Assembly (NCBI RefSeq): GCF_037042905.1
Contig: NC_087248.1
Location: 13,578,001-13,642,000 of the forward strand
Origin: Lytechinus pictus
Taxonomy: Eukaryota
Length of the DNA: 64,000 nucleotides
Reading direction: 5' to 3'
Below are positions 25,522 through 36,960 of this stretch, piece after piece (the first letter of the stretch is position 1; every line of letters begins with the position of its first letter). Position numbers and translations under genes: made by a program. The notes under the pieces were generated by a model. That model ran no database searches. It saw only the letters and a list, made by a program, of their open reading frames with translations, and was not told the origin of the DNA.

Positions 25522-26594
25522 TTAAACGTAGTTGAATGAATCAAGGCTTCCATTGTACCAACAGGTGTACACACTAAAAGTCATCGTTTATATGTATAAG
25601 GTATGGATATTTGTTTTGGTTGTTGAAAGTATGCATAAGAACGTGTATGCCCTTTTCAATTGTTGACTAATGGTAACTGGAAGTAACTGACCAATATTGT
25701 TTGATTCAGGTGATTGGGATTTTATAATTTTTCGTTTAATTTGCTAATGAACTAGGAAAAATATTGTGAGAGTATTTTCCTGCTAGTAATTGAAAGTTCT
25801 CTCTTCCTTTAACCACTGAATCACTTTGTCGCTGATGAACCTCTTGAAGAAAGAGAGATTTCGGTCATCAAGAATAAACCATGAGTATCATGACTTTAAT
25901 ATCAAATGAAAAGTTTTAATTCAAATAAGAATCATTAAGACCATAAGCGAACAGGGAATTTGTTACGGGAAATATGTGACTTCATTATCTTTTCAAGATT
26001 CATCAATTAAATAATCACAACGTTAGGTCATCAAATTAAAAATCCTGTCAGAATAATGTACTTAATAGTTCAGGTGAATTAATTTTGGGAAGATATGGTT
26101 TCAAGTTATATTTTGAGATTTCGGGGATCATTAATATTTTCATAAATTCATAGACACACTTACATGCTTGAACATGACGGATGAAGTTAATCGTATTGTC
26201 TTTTTCATTTACACATATAATAAATTGAATCTTTGTTTAGAATTTTACCAAAATTTGTACATGCACACATATTTAATTTCCATGGTTCACCCACCATGCC
26301 CACCATGCCAAAATAAACGTAAATGCAAAACGTTCCCACAAAGGACTACATTGAGATGTCCTCGCTCTCTAGATCTTTGTTTGACTAAAGGTCAAGTGAA
26401 AGAATTCCGACTGTTTGTATATCGTGTTTGTACTTAGAGGTAAAGCTAGTCCTTCGGCTTTTAAGTCGCTCTTTGGAAAATTTATATTTATATTTAACAT
26501 GTTTAATGAGAATAGTGTAATGATTTAGCTTTACTGAAGTCACACAGTGCTATGCTACATTTTCAAAATGCCAGTCTCACAAACGGGCCAATAT

Positions 26595-26763
26595 CAGGGG
26601 CCACGGAACGGTTTTTCAAAGTGGGGGGGGGGGGGGGGGGGGGGGGCTGACCATGCAAAAAATCACAATCATATGGTAATTTTTACGTTTTTGTACATGG
26701 TTTTGGAAAAAAAGGGGGGGGGCTGAAGCCCCCCCCCCCCCCCCCCCGCTTCCGCGGCCCCTG
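26595..26763. mobile_element. Small poly-G/poly-C MITE
   Basis: TIRs CAGGGGCCACGGAA / TTCCGCGGCCCCTG with flanking AATAT direct repeat. A similar decayed element lies at about 36586-36859. Confidence 0.7.
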
Positions 26764-28665
26764 AATATCAACCGACATGCGCTTGGCCTTTAATTCTGTT
26801 CGGATTTTAATCTCTGTTGTGGGCCTTTCGCGTCTTAATCCTTCAGGAGTCATACAAGGGACTCTAGCACCATCGGGGTTTTTAGAAAGACCCCGTAGTA
26901 AAAAAAGAAAATCATGTTTTGATTTGGGAGGTATCCCTATTTTGTGTCAAATATCCAAGTACCAAGCATATTTAGTCTTGTAATTGAAAAATAATTTTAT
27001 ATGCTCTAACAAATGGAACAAAAATTATGGCGATGGAAATAAAATGATGATTTATTATCCTGAATGAAAATGAAGATGACTGGTGATTCACAGTTTTATT
27101 GAATGTGAAGAAACTCTTAATGCAGCGTGTGAAGAGTTTTGAAAAGAATTGCTTACGAAGAGAAGGGAGAGACAAATGAGGGGGGGGGGTAGAAGAGAGG
27201 GGAAGATATAGATAGGGAGAGAGAGACGACGGGATGGGACTAGAAGGTGGGGAGAGTGAGGTATTAAATTTATTGAGGGTACTGCGATAAAGCGGCAGTT
27301 TGGATTTTGAGTGGGTATAATATTCCCTAAAAATCTAATTCAAAGGAACGTGGAGAAAAACGTGAAAAATATCAATCTGTGCTTTATGGTTAGCACCCCC
27401 TTGTATACAATCAAAGCCGGACCCTGAGTATGGCCACAAAATCCCTAATTTTCACCCTTAAACCATATTTGTAATTATTGCAAACAAGACCAATTTGATA
27501 CCAGTATTGTTCACGCGGCAACCCCCAACCCATCCATTTTGTGCTTAGACTTTATTCGACACACGATGACGAAAACACTGCATTTGAACACTGCATTTGA
27601 AGAAAATGTGTGACGTCATCACTTTAGCAGAATGTGCGAATCCTTTTCTAACATGTCTAATGTACGTCATCTTGTCCATTTATTTACTATAAAGCGTCTA
27701 CAGACAAAACTTCGTTGATTGATAAGCAGTTCAAACGTTCACAAGCCAGGTTGTACGGTATATCGTACGGCACACCGCCTTTTTATCAATATGGTCTACA
27801 CAGTTTCTCCATAAAATTAATTATCAATTTGAGAAATATGCTGGTAATTTTACATAAAGCACATTCCTTTCCAAAGAAAAACATAGCGGATAAATTGAAC
27901 GATGTGAATCTTTTTTTTGTGGGGAATTACGTACGCCTTCTTCTGATTTTTTTTCAAATATATATTTATAATCTAATATTACAAATGATTTTGTATAGAT
28001 AATACTGAAAATGATATTTTGAATTGAAATTGAATTATCAACTGAATAATGAATGCCTAAGACGGACAATATTCCCCATGCAGTCTTTTCAAATGATATT
28101 AACTATATTGCACATGTTTAACGTAAAAAAAAGGGATTCTAGCGTACAACAGACATATGATTATTTTTTTCTGTCAGCAACTATATGACTAATTTAAAAG
28201 TATAAAAAATGAAGTTCATTGAAAATCAAAATATTTAAGATTTCAGAATGAGAATCACTCCAAAACCGACCTTGTATGCCTGTCTTTAACAACGGCGGTG
28301 TGTAATTTTCTTTGGAAAATAAGGTATTACGATTTCCGACGCTTAGTTGACAAAGAAAAAATTATACTTTAGACTTGTTATAATAAAAGAGGTCACAGTT
28401 TTAAAGTGATGATAAAGACTGGTAGTTTATCCATATAACTTTCAGACGTTCTTGGATAATAAAATGATGGCATTGTCAAATTTCATTTAATGAACACCAG
28501 CAGTGTCATTCGCTCTGACCTTATTTCAACTGCTTTGCGGGTTGTCTGTTTCGCATTGTTCCTCTATACCTGAACAGTATACTACAATCTCTTTGCAATT
28601 TGTAAGTGAGTTGTGATTGGTCATAATCTTATGCCTGAAGTTCACCGACAATTGCGCCTGGCTCC

Positions 28666-31600
28666 ATGGCAACAGCTGCCATGTCTTCATCTACTATAGA
28701 TCTCGGTAACGTGAGTGAGATCACGGAACATTCTGGAGAACCAACGTGCAATATTTCCGTTGTGCCGATTGCCCCTGTTGTTGAAGATCCCGATCAGGGA
28801 TGGTTCTGGGTGAATCTGATACTCTTCACCATCTTCACCTTTGGTTCTGGTAAGTGATTGGTAGAAAATACTCATTTATCATGCATGTTAATCTACATTC
28901 TGTTGGTCACTGCTGATCGGTGTCACATCTGTTCGGTATACAGTAGCAATTTCAAAATAAGAGAGTTCAATTGCTTGCATGGCTCACCATCGGTACCTTC
29001 AACTTAAATACTACTCAAAATCACGGTTTTATTAGGCATGAGACATGTTTAATCTTAAACAGTGTTAAAGGTGATGAAAATATCTACAACACTGTCGGTT
29101 TACCTTCCTTGTATATACGGTTCGTATATGGTCTTGGTATAAGGATGATTTGTTTAAATTTCACAGTGTCGTGACATAAATTAGTATTTGACCCATTTTA
29201 GGTGTGTGTTATTGTACCATTGAATCCGTTATGAATAGCCATGCTACAAATCTGAGGGGGGATACTACTTTAGAGTTTTTCTGTCATTTCTACTGCAGTA
29301 CAAAATTTAGGAAGAAATGGGAATTTGCTAACTTTCCTACCGCCCATCGTCAACAGTCTTCATGCTCATAGCGGCAATGCGTCCAGAATCATGAACAAAA
29401 CTACCGCTCTCTTAAAACCCAATCACTTATTTGCGTTCATTATACAGGTCTATACTCGGCCCTGACGACAAGTTTCTTTTCCCAGGACCTCACCAGGCTT
29501 GAGGTATGTCTTCGCCAGGGTACCCGAAGCGAAAAGGTCAACGCCTCCCGGGTCATGAGGCTTCTGAAGTACCCCAATTTACTGATTGTCACGCTCAACA
29601 TGGGTAACGTAGCCGCCATCGTGTGCCAGCCAATCGTCTTAGCCTACATTATTAGCCCGATACTGTCCGTTCTTGTTTCAGCAATAACTGTTTTCATCTT
29701 CAATAAGTAAGACATAGATCTTATCGTGCCATATTGTGTTTACCGGAGGCGGCGGCGTGACTCAAAGGAGAGTTGCCATAAAATCGGCAACACATATGAC
29801 ACAAGAAATCGAAAAAAGGCGATCTCGAATGGAATTGTTTTTTAAGTTATGAATGCCAGTTGCATTTGTCGGATACATTTAATAAGTCTGTTGTTTTGCT
29901 GCGAGTGAATAACTTGATTTCCATTATACATTGTCTTCTGAAAAGCAAAATTATCAAATCTAAATCTGAAAATTACCACCAATAATTGTAAAAATTAATA
30001 TAGTTGTAAACAGCATGATCCGTTAGAAATATTGCCGTGTAATGAAAATTATTTGGGTGTTCCTATTTCCTTTTTAATTCTTAGGTTATTACCTCAGCTC
30101 GTTGGTGATCGACATGGATTGGTTCTTGCCGCAAATATGGCATGGTAAGAATAAATTTATAAAAAATTAATTTGCCTATCTCCTAATTTGAATGTAAGCC
30201 TAAGGATCAATTTCACTTTACTGAAAAAAAAAGCTCAGTATCGATATGAAAATTTAATCTGATATATATTACCAAATACCCTCAACTTTTACGGGATGTG
30301 ACTATTAAAATTTAAACGATCCCGCGGTTAACGGACTCTCGTCGTCAAAACAATAAGGGGGGGGGGGGTTAGTTGATAACTATGAGTGGTTGACAAAATA
30401 ATGAAATGGTTCATATAATGTAGAAGAAATACAAAAAGGTGAATGTGGGCAAATGGGGAAGTCTTTCATTATCAGCTCTTAAACCAAGTAATTTTCGTCA
30501 AGATGGGAAGGCCATGTCCCCTTATCTACCCGCTCTTGCTATTTAATGTCCATTGATATTGCTGGTACCTATAACGTTGATGTTTTGTTTTGTTATCCTG
30601 TCTATCAACAACATTAGGTTTCTTATGTTACAAGTCTAGCTCATCTGGCTAATGTGAAAGAATAGTCATGATAGTTTTCGCCATAATCAGATAATGCAAT
30701 ACATAATGGTAACGTATGGATTCTTTCGTCTAGCAAAGATTAATAAGGTTTCATCAATTAGATTCAAAGAATGAAATTAGAACCTATCATGGAAACAATA
30801 AGCAAAATTATGCATGTAAGATATGATTAAATCTGTTAACAAAATATTTCAAAGAATGATTATTAATTAATTATTAATTGATTATTAATTTCTTCAATCA
30901 TTTCCAGGTTCGTTTATATATCAATTGCAGTGTTTTTCATCATAGCTTGGCCTGTTGCCATGCTGCTATCAGTGTTAATCGTGAAGAGGAAAGACAGATT
31001 TTACGAGCGAGCAGGTAAGAAAGAATTGGATTATCACAATGGATAGGAATATTAGCATAAATGAAGGTGTCCATCAAACTATTTTGGACCTGAACATGCA
31101 AAGACACATGTTATGGATATTTAGTACCTCCCTCAAAGAGTTGATATTGGCTTTTGCGTGATTAATGAGGAAAACTGCGTTTTATTCGTTATTAGTGAAT
31201 TGATATCGACTAAAATGGGGTTACAAGACAATTTATGATTAAAACAGAACGTTCCATGAGTCAAGAAAGTGCCGCCAAATGTATTCGTTAGAGACCGTCC
31301 GATGTTCCTCTTCCTCTTCTCTTCCTATTCAGCGTACCGCATGTAGGCATATATCCATCCGTATTCCATCGTTATTTCTGACATTGTAATTTTCATATAG
31401 TACAAAATCCATTTAGATACTCTGTAAAGAGTCACTGAGCCACTGTACCTCTGCTAAAAAAAAATTGATCGTGATAAAATTTTTAGTTCATATTCACATG
31501 GACATTAATCGTCTTTAGAAAGAAATTGAAGGACAAAACTCACTCAGTCTGTACCATAAAGATTAGGTGATAGGATCTACCCGGATTAGGTCCAATAGTT

Positions 31601-34600
31601 TGGAGGGCCTACCATCATTAACAAACTTACATCAGCGTTGCCATTTGGGGATTAGATGTCTATGGGAATGAAAAAAAAAATCTTTGGGGATTAAAGATAA
31701 ATTTGGGTTTTTATTTTCCATTTTAGGGGATTTTTGGTGACAAGCAATAACATTCGCATTTTTTCAATAATATAACGCTAATACTCAGATCTACTGTAAA
31801 GAGTTAATGTATAGAATCAGCAATAGTGGATAAAATCCACTATGACTTCAGCGCATGTCTTACGCAATTCAACCGATCAATTAAGTAAACTGAACTTAGT
31901 TGTTCGATACAATGGTACTGTTGCAATCTACATTGCATCGAAACCTACTAAAAAGAATTTAGTGTGAACAAACGAGCACACAATTACTAGTTAGGGGCAA
32001 TAACAAAAATAATGATTCATAAGTCTTCTTTTTCAGAAATTATAGTGATTTGAAAAGGTGGGAATTTTTGGTCCAATTTTGAGATTTTTTCAAGTACCTT
32101 TTGGTGATTTCTTCAGCGTGGACCTGGCCTGGCAACACTGACTTACATTGCTCCCGAAATGGTTTCATATCTATTTTGGCTGACGAAGAATGGGAGCCTA
32201 CTCCTTAATTGAAGTACCTAATTAGAGATGATGCTAAAGTCGGGGACGTCATTTTGGAACACAAGATCATATAGACACGAGTACCATATACAAGAATCGA
32301 ACACTCATTAAAAACAAAATGTGTCGAGTAGAACCTTTCTTTGTCCCGTACATCGAACATTTTAAGGTTCTTCAGAGAAGAAGAAAGAAGTTTTAAACAG
32401 TCCTTTGAGCACTTTTGGCTCTGCAAAGAATCCTTTAAGGTTCTTATACATCCTATGGAGTTCTTGGTGGTGTAAAAAGCTCCATAGGATGTATACAGAA
32501 CCTTATACAAAATTGGTGGGGGTCTTCACACTATCAAGATCCCCTTACGATGTTGAACATTAACGTGATAGAAGGGTTCCTTGGAGAACCTTAAAAGGTT
32601 CCACATACGGGACAAAGAAATGTTCTAAAATCTTTTAGAGTGAATATTTATATCTTCAGAACTCAAGGCCCTGATAGAGCTCCAGATGACATCACCAGAC
32701 GCTGCAGCTGAACAGCATACCCTGACATATGACGAAGTTCACATTATCAAGGGAGCATTGGATGCTGAGAGTAAGGTTGCCATGGACGCCATGATACCAC
32801 TGGATAACGTTAGCATGTTGGACTATGATGGGGTTTTTGACAGGAAGACTATGCAGTTGGTAGGTAAATTGTGCAAGGTTTGTAGTGGTGAGGAAGGTAG
32901 GTGATGGCGGCAGTAGAGTGCATTTGTAACGGTTGGGGATAACTTTGTTGATAGTTTCGATGATGGGGGATGAAAATAGGTGAGTTGTGTGGGGATGTGC
33001 GTGTGTGTGCGTTTGCTTCTGTGATTGCGTGGGTGTGCTTGATTGTAGGTGTGTTTATGTATGTGTGTGTGTTGATCTGGCAAAGTGTAGACGTGTATCA
33101 AGTGACGTGTTGGGAGGTGTCGTGGCCGAGTGGTCATGGCGACTGACTACATAATGAGAGAGACCAGAGTCTAATTCCGTGCACAGCCCATGAGCAAGGA
33201 ATTTTATCTACATTGCTATTGTATCTCGCAGCAAGTAAATGGAATACTATGCATTACTGATACCAGCGTCGCGACGCGTAAGTGATAGAGAATGGAGATC
33301 AGAGAGTTTATGAAAAAAATATGTCGCACTGTCCATGCTGACGATGTTTGTTGGGAGTAACCACTAGGACTGACGTTTTCTTGATTTTTACTTGTTATAG
33401 AAGAAGTTTGTGGTGATTGGAAGGTTTCGTAACGATGTATTGAAAATTATTATTACTAGAAAGTCACTATAGTAATTGTTGATGTCACTTGCCTCAAATG
33501 CCATGCCTGCAACAACCTTTCAAAAATCACTTTCATTTCAGTGGCAGCTCGACAGAGTGTTTTCAACAAGCATTATATTAATAATACCAGCATAATCAAA
33601 ATGACAAATTTTACCAAATGTCGTTGATTCTTTGTTGTCCATTCTCCTACTTCAGTAGCTTGCTACACAGAAATTCTCGCACGTTCCAGTCTATAAGAAC
33701 CACCGTAAAAACGTCCAAGGCGAGTTTGTGATCAAGGAACTAATTCTCCTCGACCCCGAAGACCAAGAGCTAATCTCTACGTCGTTCAACAGATTCGGTC
33801 GTTCTCTCCATTTCATTCCGTCAAGTAGACCTCTATATGATATATTCGATGATATGAACCTTGGGCGTTACCGAATAGCTGCCGTGCTTGATGATGACAC
33901 AGAGGTAAGTTTTCAAGACCTGAGGCTCATTTCATAAAACTAAAACAAATTTTAAATAACAGTTAAACGCTAATAAAGCCATTCAATTTGATTGGCTGAA
34001 AGTAAACTCGTTATAGACATTGGCCATTTGCTATTGTTAAAAGTCTTTATGAAACGAGTGCCCGTTTCACATAGAATTAAAATATTTTAATGCTAGGAGT
34101 CCACTTGGGCAGCGCCAGTTCGCTCCCAAAGGAAAGCGGTTGTGGCGCGTTGTTTCGCCAATAACGTGCCTATTGGCGTGCCAAATTCAATTGGTGCTGT
34201 TACGAGTAATCCGGCACTCGTCAGTTGGAGGCAAATTGAGTCACTGCACGCCAATAGGCACCTTATTGGCGACACTAGGCGCCACAGCCGCTTTGCATTG
34301 ACGGAACCTTTATGTTTTGAAAAGGGGGACATAGTCTACTGATAAGACTGGATACCACTTGGGGGCTCCCATCTCTGCCTGTCTTCAATGATCCTTCTAC
34401 CCCTCTCACTTCATCTCTCTTCTCCTTTATCGTTCTCTCCATCTATCTTATTCTTTCCCAATTTTCCTCTGTCTTTCTGCTTTAAGCCCCCTTCTGCTCA
34501 GTGACCTGATTGACTACAGCGTGATTCGCTTTACCCATCGATCCAGTCCTGTATCATTTTGAAACGCTTGAAAGTGGCAATCTTGTTCTCCATCCTTTCA

Positions 34601-35187
34601 TGCTCTTCCCCATCCTTTCATGCTCTTCCCCTTTTCCAGGTTGTTATCGGATTCCTAACGCTACAGAACGTCTTGGATGTGATTCTAGGTCAAACTCGAG
34701 CCCTTAGTCGACGGGACTCATCTGGTACGATGAAGATGGTCCAGTCTGGATTACAACTTGCCATGGAACGCCGGAGGTCCCTTCACGCTAGCAATACCCT
34801 TGTTTCTGAAGGAGTAAGATATTTTCTAGAGAATTCGTAGAGTCATTCGTGGTCTTATTAGTCATCTTGTTGTGGGTAATGTGATGGCGGCGGTGGGGGG
34901 TTTTGGGCAGATGAAGTCCATATACATGATATAATTGCCCTTCCTAGAAACAGTTTAAGACATGTTAGACTGCGAATTATATTCCTATATGCTTTCGTCA
35001 ACTTAGCTTTGTCAAATTACAAATCTTGGGAATGGGCTATGTGGAATGAATGCTTGTTGCGTCTTAAAAAAATAAAGACTTGCCTCATGTTACTGACAGG
35101 ATAGGAGCCTTAGATTTATTTCTTTTTGTTCTTCAACAGAATCATCGACCTACTGAAATTACCCCTTTGATCAAAGAAGTTTCATGA
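28666..35187 (+). CDS. CNNM/DUF21 + CBS-pair family protein, copy B (tandem paralog), 425 aa, degenerate ion-binding motif
   Basis: Exons 28666-28849, 29448-29706, 30085-30144, 30908-31014, 32660-32859, 33659-33904, 34640-34813, 35140-35187 (TGA), 1278 nt in frame. Internal exon sizes 259/60/107/200 are identical to copy A. Motifs: SGLYSALTTSFFSQD, LLIVTLNMGNVAA, LLPQ..GLVLAANMAW, WPVAMLL, ELKALI, DEVHIIKGALDAE, FSHVPVYK. Confidence 0.88.
32302..32642. mobile_element. CACTA/EnSpm-like non-autonomous element in CNNM copy B intron 4
   Basis: CACTC.. / ..TTTTAGAGTG termini, AA 2-bp flanks, and many AGAACC/GGTTCT subterminal repeats. Confidence 0.6.
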
Positions 35188-35446
35188 TCAAAATGATTTC
35201 CGAGACTTAAACTAACGTGGATGAGATGGCACCAATTAGAGATGAAGTGAATTTCTACAGTCTAAGAATACAGACCTCATGCATGTATACCCCAAACGAC
35301 ATTCTAGATTAGCCAATGGAGCATAATAATAATCTTACGTTAATAAAAGAATAAGAGCAACAGAATAAGACATATATAAAGTAGTATTAGTTAAGGTAAA
35401 TATAGTAGGATCCCTAGTTGCCACGTTGGTGTTGAAGGTGTTAGTT

Positions 35447-35577
35447 TTATTATCATTATTATTATTATTAGTAGTAGTAGTAGTAGTAGTAGTAGCAGTA
35501 TAGTAGTAGCAGCAGTACTAATAGTATTATTATTACTATCATCATAATTATGATTAATATTATTACTAGCACTATTG

Positions 35578-35613
<36 letters not shown>

Positions 35614-35875
35614 TAATTACTACTGCTAGTACTACCATTTTTAGTTTTATCCGTTTTGGTAGTGGTGGTGGTGGTGATGGTAGTAGTAGTAGTAGTAGTA
35701 GTACTATAGTAGTAGTAGTAGTAGTATAGAAGTAGTAGTAGTATTAGAAGTAGTAGTAGTAGTTAAGTAGTACTAGTAGTAGTAGCTGTCGTATTAGTGG
35801 TTGAAGTAGTAACAATAGTAGTAGTAGATGCAGTAGTAGTAGTAGTAGTAGTAGTAGAAGTAGCGGTTGTTATAG
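35447..35875. repeat. (TAG)n / (CTA)n / (TAG)n compound microsatellite
   Basis: Direct reading; blocks alternate in orientation. Confidence 0.9.
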
Positions 35876-36887
35876 TATTTTCTTCAAAATGAACAGTTTC
35901 AAATATCTTACAATATTTCATTATCATTCTTTTTTACAAAATAATACAAATGCAAATTGATAAAAGTGAAGTAATTGGTTATATTAATCGCAATTCTCGA
36001 TATGGTGGCGCTCTTCACAATCTCCAACTCCACTCCAGTTTGATGAAGAGTTTGGTAAACCTGGGTCCCACTTATCGGTCCCACAGCACACAGACTAGAT
36101 ACTAATTGTACCAAGGTCGTCAATTGTAAAAATCACCTGTATAATTACTTGCAAAGATATGTATCCTTGCAGGGACCCTGAAATTTACCACAACATTAGA
36201 AAACATGATAATTAATAGGGTGGAATAAGTGGTTGCATAGAACAAAAATACAGCTTGTCACCAGTCCTACCGTAACATTAGCCACACTCTTTGGGAAAAT
36301 CAAGTTCATTTAATATCACTAGTGTACAGATGGGGGGGGGGGGGGTGCCCATGGACTCCCACAACTTTTCACGACCAAGAAAAAAAAGGAAAGAGAAAGG
36401 AAAAAGGTTAAAATATCATACCATGTTTTAAATATTGTGTCTAAATTTCTCTTGTTTTGATTAATATTTTGCATTAAAACGGTCAGAATTTTAGAGTTTT
36501 AAACAACTTTTCCCAAATACGCCGTGTCTGACCCCCTCACCATTGTTGGCTCATTAGGCCATTGATTAATATACAATAGATATATCCAGGGCCTGGTAAC
36601 GATTTTTTGAGTGAGGGTGCCAAGGTTTTCACTACAAACTGGAGGTAAAATCGGTTCGGAGAAAGTTGTAAATAATAAAAAAAGGGGGCATTTAACTATA
36701 AGTTAAGGTCATTTTGGTGTTGTACGTTTCCTTTTTTTACACATCTTTCAGAATACCCGGGGGTGCTGCCTATGGAGAATAATACAAGCAGCACCCCTAA
36801 GGATTTTTCTTAAGGGGGGTGTGCTTCAGCACCCCCCCCCCCCCTTCCCTGGGTCATGGATATATCATCATATGCGACATGAGTTGA

Positions 36888-36960
36888 GGTCTGTTAGCTC
36901 AATCGGCAGAGCATCGTGCTAATAACGCGAGGGTCGTGAGTTTGAGCCTCACATAGACCA
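36888..36960 (+). tRNA. tRNA-Ile(AAT), variant isodecoder (T-loop TTTGAGC); possibly a young pseudogene
   Basis: 73-nt cloverleaf: acceptor GGTCTGT/ATAGACC+A73, D stem GCTC/GAGC, anticodon stem TCGTG/CGCGA with loop CT-AAT-AA, T stem GTGAG/CTCAC. A T-run Pol III terminator follows about 10 nt downstream. Confidence 0.85.
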
